From Thermoanaerobaculia bacterium (GTDB lineage: Bacteria > Acidobacteriota > Thermoanaerobaculia > Gp7-AA8), in contig OY970284.1 of NCBI GenBank assembly GCA_963715895.1, forward strand, positions 4,771,892 through 4,835,891: a stretch of 64,000 nucleotides of DNA, written 5' to 3'. Each line of letters starts with the position of its first letter. The stretch's first letter is position 1. Below are positions 29,682-38,962 of the stretch, in pieces. A program made the position numbers and the translations under genes. The notes below the pieces were generated by a model that was given only the letters and a program-made list of their open reading frames with translations, ran no database searches and had not been told where the DNA came from.

Positions 29682-31301
29682 ATGCGTATGCTCCGCGTTC
29701 TCCTTCTTTCGTTGGTCGTGGCGATGCCGGTGCTCGCCCAGCACGACATGCCGCAAGGCACCGCCAAGCCGATCACCCTTGAGCCGGGCCTGGGCAATGT
29801 GCACTGGCCCGTCTCGACGAAGAACGTTCAGGCCCAGCGCTTCTTCGATCAGGGGATGAAGTACGTCTACGGCTTCAACCACGAATCGGCGGTCAGCTCC
29901 TTCGGTCGCGCCACGCAGCTCGATCCCGATCTGGCCATGGGCTACTGGGGCGCCGCGCTGGCACTGGGGCCGAACATCAATCTCGACGTCGATCCCGACC
30001 GCGAGAAGCAGGCTTACGAGAGTGTTCAGTCGGCGCGCGCACACGAGGCGCACGCCAGCGCCAAGGAGCGCGGACTGATCGCCGCGCTGTCAAAGCGCTA
30101 CAGCAACGATCCGAAGGCCGATCTGAAGAAGCTCGCCGTCGACTACAGCGAGGCCATGGGAGCGTTGACGAAGAAGTACCCGAACGATCTCGACCTCGCC
30201 ACGCTCTACGCCGAAAGCCTCATGGACCTCCATCCCTGGAAGTTCTGGTCGCACGACGGAAGGCCGAACGAAGGGACGACGAAGATCGTCTCGGTCCTTG
30301 AGTCCGTCCTGCGCCGCGACCCCAACCACCTCGGCGCGAATCATTACTACATCCATGCGGTCGAGGCGTCGTCCCATCCCGAGCGCGCGCTTGCCAGCGC
30401 CACCCGTTTGAAGACGCTTGCCCCGATGTCCGGCCATCTCGTCCACATGCCGGCGCACATCTACCAGCGCACCGGCAACTACGCCGGCGCGGCGCTGGCG
30501 AACACGAAGGCCGCCGAGACCGACCGCGTATTCATCAAGCATCACGGCGGCGAAGGCGTCTACGCGGCGATGTACTACAACCACAATCTCCAGTTCGGCC
30601 TCACGTCGTATTCGATGATGGGACGCTTCGCCGAGGCCAGGAAGATGGCGGACGAGTTCTCCTCCAACGCCGCGGCGATGGCGAAGGAGATGCCGCCGGT
30701 CGAATACGCCGCCGCAAGCACGCTGCTGCTCTTCCTCCGCTTCGGCCGCTGGTCCGACGTGCTGCACGAGAAGCCTGCCGAAGCCGGCCCCCTCTCGACG
30801 ACGTTCACCCACTTCGCGCGCGGCTCGGCGTTCGCGAAGCTTGGCAACATCGCCGGCGCGGAGTCGGAACAGAAAGCCTTCGAAGCCGCCCGCGCGAACG
30901 TCCCCGACGATCCCGGGATCTTCCAGAACTCGCAGAAAGCCGTCGCCGAAGTGGCCACCCACCTCCTGGCCGGCCGCATCGCCGAAGCGCGCGGCGATTC
31001 CAAGCAAGCTATCGCCGAGTACACAAGAGCCGTGGCGCAGGAAGACACCCTCGACTACGACGAGCCCACCGACTGGTTCTACCCCACCCGCGAAACCCTC
31101 GGCGCCGCGCTGCTCCGTTCTCACCTTTATTCGGACGCCGAAAAAGTCTTCCGGGCCGACCTCGCCCGCAACCCCCACAACCCCCGCTCCCTCTTCGGCC
31201 TCGCCGCCGCCTTAGGCGCACAGAAGAAGGATGCGTCGTCACCGACAGCGGAGTTCGGGCGGGTTTGGAAGGGAGGGAAGTTGAATTTAGCAGCCTATTA
31301 G
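29682..31301 (+). CDS. Secreted all-alpha (TPR-like) protein of unknown function
   Basis: GAGGAGG RBS; signal peptide (MRMLRVLLLSLVVAMPVLAQH); helical-repeat composition throughout; conserved His-rich block (HYYIHAVEASSHPE...LVHMPAHIYQR). Confidence 0.6.
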   Translation: MRMLRVLLLSLVVAMPVLAQHDMPQGTAKPITLEPGLGNVHWPVSTKNVQAQRFFDQGMKYVYGFNHESAVSSFGRATQLDPDLAMGYWGAALALGPNINLDVDPDREKQAYESVQSARAHEAHASAKERGLIAALSKRYSNDPKADLKKLAVDYSEAMGALTKKYPNDLDLATLYAESLMDLHPWKFWSHDGRPNEGTTKIVSVLESVLRRDPNHLGANHYYIHAVEASSHPERALASATRLKTLAPMSGHLVHMPAHIYQRTGNYAGAALANTKAAETDRVFIKHHGGEGVYAAMYYNHNLQFGLTSYSMMGRFAEARKMADEFSSNAAAMAKEMPPVEYAAASTLLLFLRFGRWSDVLHEKPAEAGPLSTTFTHFARGSAFAKLGNIAGAESEQKAFEAARANVPDDPGIFQNSQKAVAEVATHLLAGRIAEARGDSKQAIAEYTRAVAQEDTLDYDEPTDWFYPTRETLGAALLRSHLYSDAEKVFRADLARNPHNPRSLFGLAAALGAQKKDASSPTAEFGRVWKGGKLNLAAY

Positions 31302-31359
31302 CGTTGGAAAAGGCTTCCACCACAGCTTCTTGGACGCAAGCGCCGTCCCAAGGCGCTTC

Positions 31360-31680
31360 TCAAGGTGTCTTCGCACCTACAACCCGTCCGAGATCGCGCC
31401 GGTTAGCTCCCGCTGCTAGCAGCGAACGAACAAGGAGGTCCACACTTACCGTAGGGTCGGCCGCCTCCATCTTTGCTACTCGTGACTGGCTGGAGCCAAC
31501 GTGCTTTGCCAGCTCGGCTTGTGTCCAATGATGTTGCTCTCTCAGCGCACGCAGGCGTCGCGCGAGAGCAAGTTTGATTTCCACGAACTCGGCTTCCTCC
31601 GGCGTGAGAGCGAGAAACTCGCGCACCCCGCCAACACTCCAACCCGCCGCTTCGAGCTTTTTCTTTTTCTCTGCCTTCAT
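31360..31680 (-). CDS. HigA-like XRE-family HTH antitoxin
   Basis: 107 aa from ATG at 31680 (MKAEKKKKLEAAGWSV...LRALREQHHWTQAELAKHVGSSQSRVAKMEA); starts 3 nt after the upstream toxin stop. Confidence 0.7.
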   Translation of the reverse strand: MKAEKKKKLEAAGWSVGGVREFLALTPEEAEFVEIKLALARRLRALREQHHWTQAELAKHVGSSQSRVAKMEAADPTVSVDLLVRSLLAAGANRRDLGRVVGAKTP

Positions 31681-31682
31681 TT

Positions 31683-32024
31683 TCAGTCCTCCTGGACGAT
31701 CCGCAAGTACCCTTTCAATCGTCGTTTCGCGGCTGTAGCCACTTTGGCCGGCAGCGTCCGCGTTTTCTTGCTGAATACCTCGAGCACCACGATTGCATCC
31801 TCGGCGACGTGATACACGATGCGCCAAGTGGCTTCGCGATCGATGACGCGAAGCTCGTGACAATTCGCTCCGATTTCAGGAAGCGGACGAGAAGCCGGCA
31901 TCCCGAGCAGTTCGCCACCTTGCAACCGGCGAAGCAGGAAACCTGCTTCGAGACGCGCTCCATGCGAGAACGGGGGCGTCTTGATCTCGCCCTGCAACCA
32001 AACGAGCGGCTTCGACACAAGCAT
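31683..32024 (-). CDS. HigB/RelE-ParE superfamily toxin
   Basis: 113 aa; toxin-first order with XRE antitoxin downstream (HigBA arrangement); conserved ...ELRVIDREATWRIVYHVAEDAIVVLEVFSKKTRT block. Confidence 0.7.
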   Translation of the reverse strand: MLVSKPLVWLQGEIKTPPFSHGARLEAGFLLRRLQGGELLGMPASRPLPEIGANCHELRVIDREATWRIVYHVAEDAIVVLEVFSKKTRTLPAKVATAAKRRLKGYLRIVQED

Positions 32025-32135
32025 CGAATGACAGCATATGCCGAAACAGACATATCGACAAACGAACTGTCAGGCCACTGGACGGAGCGGAACCCGCCGC
32101 TCCAAACTCCGGCTGATGTACCATCCCCTCCACCC

Positions 32136-32816
32136 ATGAAACGCCTCGGCGCCGCCCTGCTCCTGCTTTCGACTGCACTTCCGGCAATGGCGTGGACGAG
32201 GGCGGCGGATCAGCGCATCGCCGCGAAAAGCGCGGAGCTGGCGCCCCCCGATCTGCGGCTCATCATCAGCAAGTACAACAAGGAATACCTTCACGGCGTC
32301 GATGACGCGCTGGCCAGCGAAGGGACCGACATCCATCGCCGGCGTCTTCGCGAGCGCATCGACGCGCAGGCGCGCGGCATCGTGAAGATGATCCGTACCA
32401 ACGAGCCGATGAGCGCCGTCGTCGGGGAGCTCGGCAACCTTTCTCACCTCGTCGGCGACGCCAACAACCCCTTCCACATCGGCGACGACGATGCCGCGGA
32501 GCGCATCGACTTCGAGCAGTACTTCGAGCGCCGGCTGGCCCGTTTCGCGCCGGTCTTCTACGGCCTCGACACGAACCTGGTCCTGAGCACCTATCTCGAC
32601 AAGATGTTCGCGCGCACGACGCGCTTTTCTCCGCTGATGGCCGAGGAGTATTCGCGAGGGAGCGGCGCAACGTTCGACGATCGGTCGACCGCCTTCGGCG
32701 TGGCCTCGGTCTGTTACTCCCACGCCATCACCGACAACGTCAACATCTTTTACTTCATCTGGAAGGCGGCGGGCGGCAGCGTACGCACCCCGCCGCGCCT
32801 CACGCATGCGAATTGA
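32136..32816 (+). CDS. Secreted protein with Zn-dependent phospholipase C / S1-P1 nuclease-like His/Asp motif
   Basis: ATG at 32136; signal peptide (MKRLGAALLLLSTALPAMAWT); HLVGDANNPFH motif resembling the H-x3-D-x3-P-x-H zinc site of the PLC/P1 nuclease fold. Confidence 0.45.
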   Translation: MKRLGAALLLLSTALPAMAWTRAADQRIAAKSAELAPPDLRLIISKYNKEYLHGVDDALASEGTDIHRRRLRERIDAQARGIVKMIRTNEPMSAVVGELGNLSHLVGDANNPFHIGDDDAAERIDFEQYFERRLARFAPVFYGLDTNLVLSTYLDKMFARTTRFSPLMAEEYSRGSGATFDDRSTAFGVASVCYSHAITDNVNIFYFIWKAAGGSVRTPPRLTHAN

Positions 32817-34362
32817 GCGAGCGATCCTCTCCGTCTCCGACAAGACCGGCATCGTCGACCTGGCCCGCGCGCTTCGGGCAAAGGACGTCGAGATCCTCTC
32901 CACCGGCGGCACCGCCAGGCACCTGGCCGACAACGGCATCGACGTCACGCCGATCTCCCGTTGGTCCGGCGCTCCGGAAATCCTGGGCGGCCGCGTCAAG
33001 ACGCTCACCCCGCGCGTCTTCGGTGCGATTCTCTTCAATCGGGACGAGGATTCCCACCGCGCCGACGTCGAACGGCTCGACATCCCGCCGATCGATCTCG
33101 TCGTCGTCAACCTCTACCCCTTCGAAGCGACCATCGCCAAAGAAGGGGTAACGATCGCCGAGGCCATCGAACAGATCGACGTCGGCGGCCCGTCGATGCT
33201 GCGGGCGGCGGCGAAGAACCATCGCTACGTTCTGCCGCTGTGCGATCCGTCGCTCTACGCCGATTTCCTGCGCGAGCTCGAAGCGGGCGAGATCAGCGAT
33301 GCCTTCCGTCTTCGCTGCGCCATCGAAGTCTTCCGCAAGACCAGCGACTACGACAACACGATCGCCAACTTCCTCGCCAACCGACAACCGATAACCGATA
33401 ACCTCGTTTTGAATCTCACCAAGTTCCAGGACCTCCGCTACGGCGAGAACCCGCAGCAGACCGCCGCCTTCTACGTGCCGAAAGGGAAGCACCCGTTCGA
33501 ACAGGTCCAGGGGAAAGAGCTGTCGTACAACAACATCCTCGACCTCGACTCCGCCATCCGCCTGGCGCACGCGTTCGCAACGCCTGCCGCGGTGATCATC
33601 AAGCACACCAACCCCTGCGGCGTGGCACGGCGCGACTCACTAGCCGAGGCCCTGCGCGCCGCCATCGAATCCGACCCAGTCTCCGCCTTCGGCGGCATCA
33701 TCGGCAGCAACCGCGAATTCGATGAGGAGAGCGCCCGCATCGTCGAGTCGATGTTCCTCGAAGTGATCGTGGCTCCGTCGTTCAGCGATGCTGCCCGTGA
33801 GGTATTGGCGAAGAAGAAGAACCTCCGTCTGATCGTGGCCCCGCCGCTGACCACCGCCACCGAATGCCGCAGCGCGGCCGGCGGCATCCTCGAACAGAGT
33901 GTCGACCGCGTAACGTCAAGTGCACAGGCCGAGCTCGGAGGGACCAATGTGGCACAGACACTCTTGTCTGTGCCCGGCGCTTGGAAGATCGTCACCTCCC
34001 GCCACCCCACCGCCGAGGAGCTTGACGGCCTCGAGTTCGCCTGGATCGTCTGCGCCTACGTGAAATCGAACGCCATCGTCCTGACCAATCAGTGGCAGTC
34101 CGTCGGCATCGGCGCCGGCCAGATGAGCCGCGTCGACGCGGCGAAGGTGGCCATCATGAAGTCGATCCTCCCCACCGCCGGCACCTACGCCGCCTCCGAC
34201 GCCTTCTTCCCCTTCCGCGACGGCCTCGACATCCTGGCCGATTCCGGCATCCGCGCCATCATCCAACCCGGCGGATCCGTGCGCGACGCCGAGGTGATCG
34301 AAGCCGCTAATGAGAGGGGTGTGGCGATGGTGTTCACAGGGGAGAGGCACTTCCGGCACTGA
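32806..34362 (+). CDS. purH: Bifunctional AICAR transformylase / IMP cyclohydrolase
   Basis: 518 aa; MGS-like N-terminal domain ([17 protein letters not shown]...ILSTGGTA) and AICARFT domain; full-length. Confidence 0.95.
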   Translation: MRIERAILSVSDKTGIVDLARALRAKDVEILSTGGTARHLADNGIDVTPISRWSGAPEILGGRVKTLTPRVFGAILFNRDEDSHRADVERLDIPPIDLVVVNLYPFEATIAKEGVTIAEAIEQIDVGGPSMLRAAAKNHRYVLPLCDPSLYADFLRELEAGEISDAFRLRCAIEVFRKTSDYDNTIANFLANRQPITDNLVLNLTKFQDLRYGENPQQTAAFYVPKGKHPFEQVQGKELSYNNILDLDSAIRLAHAFATPAAVIIKHTNPCGVARRDSLAEALRAAIESDPVSAFGGIIGSNREFDEESARIVESMFLEVIVAPSFSDAAREVLAKKKNLRLIVAPPLTTATECRSAAGGILEQSVDRVTSSAQAELGGTNVAQTLLSVPGAWKIVTSRHPTAEELDGLEFAWIVCAYVKSNAIVLTNQWQSVGIGAGQMSRVDAAKVAIMKSILPTAGTYAASDAFFPFRDGLDILADSGIRAIIQPGGSVRDAEVIEAANERGVAMVFTGERHFRH

Positions 34363-34398
34363 GTCACGCGGATTCCGTTTCGAAGCATCCCGAACTGG

Positions 34399-34630
34399 TA
34401 CCAGAAGGCCGTTAACAGCCTTTCAGAGGCAGTTAACAGCCTTCCAGAGGCAGTTAATAGCCTTTCAGAGGCAGTTAACAGCCTTTCAGAGGCAGTTAAC
34501 AGCCTTCCAGAGGCAGTTAATAGCCTTTCAGAGGCAGTTAATAGCCTTTCAGAGGCAGTTAACAGCCTTCCAGAGGCAGTTAACAGCCTTCCAGAGGCAG
34601 TTAACAGCCTTCCAGAGGCAGTTAACGGTA
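34399..34630. repeat. 21-bp tandem repeat (minisatellite), about 11 copies
   Basis: Consensus GCAGTTAACAGCCTT(C/T)CAGAG with AACAGC/AATAGC and TTCCAG/TTTCAG variants; between purH stop and next gene; reads as (LTAFQRQ)n in one frame. Confidence 0.85.
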
Positions 34631-34802
34631 TTCAACTGGTTGTAGCGCTACCGCACATGGTCGCGATGCCGCCAAGAATGACGCCGAAACCCAACGAATG
34701 CGGACCTCGTAAAGATCCTTTCGACACACCAACCAGCGAGTGGCCCCAACGTGTCCGGATTTTAGACGCTTGGGCCGGGCCGGAATGATTGGAGAACGTC
34801 CG

Positions 34803-35618
34803 ATGAAGAGATTTCTCAGCCTGCTCGCTCTGGCGCTCGGCGCTGCACTTCCCGCCATCTCGCAGCCATCACCCGCGGAGAAGCCTGCCCGCGCCGAAGT
34901 GCTGGTGCTCGGCGTCTACCACATGGCCAACCCCGGACACGACATCTTCAACACCCAGGCCGACGATGTCCTCGCACCGAAGCGCCAGGCCGAGATCGCG
35001 CAGCTCACGGCGGCTCTGAAGAAATTCAATCCCACGAAGATCGTGGTCGAAGGCGACGTCTTCGACAGCCGCAGCACAAAGAACTACGCCGACTACCTGG
35101 CCGGCAAGCACGAGCTGACGCGCAACGAGATCGAGCAGATCGGCTTCCGCCTGGCCAAAGAGCTCGGCCACAAGACCGTCTACCCCGAGGACTCCGACGG
35201 TGAGTTCCCGTTCCAGCGCATCGTCGACTACGCCAAGGCCAGCGGCCGCTCGAAGGAGCTCGACGCCCTCCTGGCCGAGGTCGGTGACATGGTCAAGGCG
35301 CAGAACGCGTACCTCCTCTCCCACACCGTCCTCGAGACGCTTCTCTACATGAACGCCGACGACAAAGTCACCCAGGACGTCGGCTTCTATTACCGCGAGG
35401 CTCACTTCGGCGAGCCCGGCGACTGGTCCGGCGCCGACCTGGTCGCCGACTGGTTCCGCCGCAACATGCGCATCTACAGCAACGTCGTCCGTCTGGCCGA
35501 CTCCCCGAACGAGCGCCTGCTGGTCATCTTCGGCGCCGGCCACCTCGGCTGGCTGAGGCACGATTTCGCCAGCGACCCGAGCATCCGTCTGCGCAAGCTC
35601 GCCGAGTTCGCGAAGTAA
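34803..35618 (+). CDS. Secreted protein, DUF5694-like
   Basis: ATG at 34803; signal peptide (MKRFLSLLALALGAALPAISQP); conserved VLVLGVYHMANPG block. Confidence 0.5.
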   Translation: MKRFLSLLALALGAALPAISQPSPAEKPARAEVLVLGVYHMANPGHDIFNTQADDVLAPKRQAEIAQLTAALKKFNPTKIVVEGDVFDSRSTKNYADYLAGKHELTRNEIEQIGFRLAKELGHKTVYPEDSDGEFPFQRIVDYAKASGRSKELDALLAEVGDMVKAQNAYLLSHTVLETLLYMNADDKVTQDVGFYYREAHFGEPGDWSGADLVADWFRRNMRIYSNVVRLADSPNERLLVIFGAGHLGWLRHDFASDPSIRLRKLAEFAK

Positions 35619-35625
35619 GTTTCAT

Positions 35626-35689
35626 GCGGAGACGCGGAGGCGCGGAGAGGAAATGCGTAATCCCTCTCTCCGCGCCTCCGCGTCTCCGC
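35626..35689. repeat. Long near-perfect hairpin (25-bp stem) 8 nt after gene stop
   Basis: GCGGAGACGCGGAGGCGCGGAGAGG / loop AAATGCGTAATC / CCTCT(CT)CCGCGCCTCCGCGTCTCCGC; no downstream T-tract. Confidence 0.6.
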
Positions 35690-35730
35690 GTGAAACAATG
35701 GTGTACTCTTTGTAGAAACAAGGAGAAGCC

Positions 35731-35973
35731 GTGAAGGCACGCATCCAGAAGTGGGGTAACAGCCTGGCTCTTCGCATCCCGAAGCCATTCGCGGAGGAAG
35801 CGAGTCTGCGTGAGGACTCTGCTGTCGATGTGACGGTTCTAAGCGGAAAGCTTGTCGTCGTCGCGATCGAGGAGCCGCAGCTAACACTGGAGGACCTCGT
35901 CGCGAAGATAACACCGAGCAACCGGCACGCCGAGGTCGAGACGGGGAAGGCCGTTGGCAACGAAGTCTGGTAG
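35731..35973 (+). CDS. MazE/AbrB-SpoVT-family antitoxin
   Basis: GTG start with AAGGAGAA RBS; MKARIQKWGNSLALRIPKPFAEE... swapped-hairpin motif typical of MazE/PemI. Confidence 0.75.
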   Translation: MKARIQKWGNSLALRIPKPFAEEASLREDSAVDVTVLSGKLVVVAIEEPQLTLEDLVAKITPSNRHAEVETGKAVGNEVW

Positions 35974-36316
35974 TGGCAACTACGTTCCCGATCGCGGGGA
36001 CCTCGTCGCGCTCACGTTTGATCCTCAGGCGGGCCATGAGCAGGCTGGCCGGCGTCCGGCGGTGGTCCTTTCGCCGGCGATCTACAACGCCAGGTCCGGT
36101 CTGGCGGTGTTCGCTCCTGTCACCAGCCAAGTCAAGGGCTATCCGTTCGAGGTGCTGATTCCGCCGGGCCTCGCGGTTGGCGGTGTGGTGCTCGCGGATC
36201 AGTTGAAGAGCTTGGATTGGCGAGCGCGCAACGTGCACTACATTGCGTCGTTGCCACCCGAGGTGCTTTCTGCGGTCCTGCAGAAGACGGGGCTGCTCCT
36301 GTCAATCCGGAGTTGA
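35954..36316 (+). CDS. MazF/PemK-family endoribonuclease toxin
   Basis: YVPDRGDLVALTFDPQAGHEQAGRRPAVVLSPAIYN... canonical MazF N-terminus; overlaps antitoxin by 20 nt. Confidence 0.8.
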   Translation: MATKSGSGNYVPDRGDLVALTFDPQAGHEQAGRRPAVVLSPAIYNARSGLAVFAPVTSQVKGYPFEVLIPPGLAVGGVVLADQLKSLDWRARNVHYIASLPPEVLSAVLQKTGLLLSIRS

Positions 36317-36460
36317 TGGCGCAGGCGAGCTCTCATCTGCGTACATCTGCGTCATCTGCGGATGAAAGCTTTTCCGCAGATTGCGCCATGAAAACAGTCA
36401 CTTGGCGGACTGAACTCTGCCCCAATGACTCGGTGGTAACCTCTTCCCACCAGAAACGTC

Positions 36461-38839
36461 ATGACCTCCTTCGACCTGATCATCGTCGGTTCCGGGCCGG
36501 CGGGGCTTGCGGCGGCGTCCCACGCGCAGAGCAATGGGCTCTCCTACGCGCTGCTGGAGCGGACCGACCATCTGGCGGACACCATCGACGCCTACCAGGC
36601 CCGCAAGTACGTGATGGCCGAGCCGATGCTGATTCCGGCTCGGGGGGAGGTGCCGTTCCAGGCGGGGTCGCGCGAATCGATCCTGGCGGCGTGGGGTGGG
36701 CACGTCAAAGAGAAGAAGCTCAACGTCCTCTTCAACGCCGAGGTCAAATCCATCAAGAAAGATGCTGGGCGGTTTCAGGTCGCCACCGCGAAGGGCGACA
36801 AGTTCGACGCCGCCAACGTCATCCTCGGCATGGGGACGCAGGGAAATCCGCGCAAACTCGGCGTACCGGGCGAAGACCTTCCCCACGTCCGCTACCGGCT
36901 CGTCGATCCGGCGGAGCATCGCGACCAGGACCTCCTCGTGGTCGGTGCCGGCGACTCCGCGCTCGAAATCGCTATCGCCCTGGCTGCTGAAAACCGCGTC
37001 GGACTGATCGTCCGAGGGACGGAGATCACCCGCGCCAACGACGTCCTGATCAAGGAGGTGCTCAGCCGGCAGGCCACGGGACAGATGACCGTCTACTTCA
37101 GCGCCAGCGTGAAGCAGGTCTATCCCGGCTATGCCGACCTCACCGTGCGCGGTGACGTCACGCGCGTGGCGGCGGAGCTGATCTTCCTCAAGCTCGGGGC
37201 CGACGCGCCGCGCAAATTCTTCGAGTCGATCGGCATCACCTACAGCGGCAGCGGCAAAGACTCGCGTCCCATCCTCAGCCAGGTCCACGAGTCGAGCGTG
37301 CCCGGGCTCTTCCTCATCGGCGCCGCCAGCGGGCGCGATCTCATCAAGCTGGGGATGAATCAGGGCTACGAGGTGGTCGAGCATCTGATGGGACGCGAGG
37401 TCGAGCCGGCCGACGAGGCGGTGCTGAAAGAGCGCCTGCCGTTCTGGGAAGGGACGGTGCGCGAGCGCATCGCCTTCCTGCGCACGCGCGTGCCCCTGCT
37501 GGCCGCGGCGGACGAGCAGCAGCTCCGCGAGACCTTCCTCTCCGCGCGCGTCCGCGAGTATGCGGACGGCGAGATCATCATCCGGCAGAACGACTACACG
37601 AACGACTTCCTCATCATCGCCGCCGGCCGCGTCGAGCTGTGGAAGAAGCCGGAGAAGACAAACACCGAGATCAAGATCGTCGAGCTGACGGCCGGCAACT
37701 TCTTCGGAGAGATGAGCCTCATCTCCGGACGCCGCCGCACCGCCACGGCCCGCGCGGTCGGAGCGACCCGCTTGATCGAGATCCCCCGCAAGGCAATCCT
37801 CAAGCTCCTCGGCGCAGCGCCGAGGGCCAAGGCACTCGTCGATCAGGCCTTCCTGCTGCGCGCCTTCGGCGGCTACCTCTTCCCCGGCATCCCCGAGTCG
37901 CAGCTCGGCGAGCTGGTGGAGCTGGCGGTGGTCAACAGCCTGGCCAAGGATGCGGTGGTCTTCCAGGAGGACACTCCGGCGGATGCCTTCTATCTCATCC
38001 GCAACGGCATGGTGAAGATCTCCAAGAAGTCGGGCGAGAAAGAGGTGGTGCTGTCGTACCTCGTGGCCGGCAACTTCTTCGGCGAGGCGGCCCTTTTCTC
38101 CGACACCGACCGGACGGCCACGGTGACGACGATCTTCCCGTCCGATCTGATCAAGCTCTCCAAGCGCGACTTCAACAACTTCCTGGCCGCCCATCCCGAG
38201 CTGCGCGAGGCGCCGCTGCGCAAGCTCGAGGAGCGCCGCATCGCCTCGCTCATCGCCGACGCCACCCCCGGCTCGGGCAACATCCTCAACGATCTGATCC
38301 GCGAGGAAGTGGTGATGGGGACGCAGACGCTCATCATCGACGAGCACAAATGCATCCGCTGCGGGAACTGCATCGCCGGCTGCGAAGGGGTTCACCGGGA
38401 CGGACAGGCGCGCCTCTCTCTAACCGGGATCAAGTTCTACAACCTGCTGGCGCCGAATTCCTGCTGGCAGTGCGAGAACCCGATGTGCATGCTGGACTGC
38501 CCGCCCGACGCCATCGTGCGCGACCCGCGCGGCGAGGTGTACATCAAGAGCAATTGCATCGGCTGCGGCAACTGCGAGCGCAATTGTCCTTATGGCAACA
38601 TTTTCATGATCCATAAGGAGCCCAAGAAGACGATTTTCTCCTGGGTGGCCTCGCTGTTCGGCAAAGGCCATGAGAACGAGATCGAGCAGACCGTGGCGGT
38701 GAAGTGCGACCTCTGCCGCGAGATCTCCGGCGGGCCGGCGTGCGTGCGGAGTTGTCCAACGGGAGCGGCCATCCGGTTGACGCCGGAGGAGTATCGGTCG
38801 ACGTTGGAGGAGTTGGTGATTACGCGCGGGGAGAGGTAG
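36461..38839 (+). CDS. Multidomain redox protein: FAD/NAD(P)-binding oxidoreductase + 2x cyclic-nucleotide-binding + 4Fe-4S dicluster ferredoxin domains
   Basis: N-terminal dinucleotide-binding GxGxxG (IIVGSGPAGLAAA) and second NAD(P) site (LLVVGAGDSALEIA). Two CAP-family cNMP-binding domains (GEIIIRQND...NFFGEMSLISGRRRTATARA and KDAVVFQED...NFFGEAALFSDTDRTATV). C-terminal Cys clusters (CIRCGNCIAGCEG; CWQCENPMCMLDCPP; CIGCGNCERNCPYG; CDLCRE...CVRSCP). Confidence 0.85.
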   Translation: MTSFDLIIVGSGPAGLAAASHAQSNGLSYALLERTDHLADTIDAYQARKYVMAEPMLIPARGEVPFQAGSRESILAAWGGHVKEKKLNVLFNAEVKSIKKDAGRFQVATAKGDKFDAANVILGMGTQGNPRKLGVPGEDLPHVRYRLVDPAEHRDQDLLVVGAGDSALEIAIALAAENRVGLIVRGTEITRANDVLIKEVLSRQATGQMTVYFSASVKQVYPGYADLTVRGDVTRVAAELIFLKLGADAPRKFFESIGITYSGSGKDSRPILSQVHESSVPGLFLIGAASGRDLIKLGMNQGYEVVEHLMGREVEPADEAVLKERLPFWEGTVRERIAFLRTRVPLLAAADEQQLRETFLSARVREYADGEIIIRQNDYTNDFLIIAAGRVELWKKPEKTNTEIKIVELTAGNFFGEMSLISGRRRTATARAVGATRLIEIPRKAILKLLGAAPRAKALVDQAFLLRAFGGYLFPGIPESQLGELVELAVVNSLAKDAVVFQEDTPADAFYLIRNGMVKISKKSGEKEVVLSYLVAGNFFGEAALFSDTDRTATVTTIFPSDLIKLSKRDFNNFLAAHPELREAPLRKLEERRIASLIADATPGSGNILNDLIREEVVMGTQTLIIDEHKCIRCGNCIAGCEGVHRDGQARLSLTGIKFYNLLAPNSCWQCENPMCMLDCPPDAIVRDPRGEVYIKSNCIGCGNCERNCPYGNIFMIHKEPKKTIFSWVASLFGKGHENEIEQTVAVKCDLCREISGGPACVRSCPTGAAIRLTPEEYRSTLEELVITRGER

Positions 38840-38845
38840 GGATGC

Positions 38846-38943
38846 AATGTTGAATGTTGAATGTTCAATGTTGAATGTTGAATGGACGGGAGACGGTCGC
38901 CTCCATTCAACATTGAACATTCAACATTCAACATTCAACATTC
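38846..38943. repeat. AT-rich heptamer-repeat palindrome (about 33-bp stem)
   Basis: Left arm (GAATGTT)x5-like CAATGTTGAATGTTGAATGTTCAATGTTGAATGTTGAATGG, 16-nt spacer, right arm its reverse complement; in the gap between the multidomain redox gene and the next gene. Confidence 0.75.
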
Positions 38944-38962
38944 GCCTTTCTCAGAGGCGTAC

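Noticed and set aside
34399-34630. Possible CRISPR array
   Set aside because: Units are contiguous with no unique spacers. The period of 21 bp is too short for repeat+spacer, and no cas genes are nearby.
34310-34645. 111-aa ORF translating the 21-bp minisatellite as (LTAFQRQ)n
   Set aside because: It starts inside the 3' end of purH, has no RBS or independent start context, and is open only because 21 is a multiple of 3.
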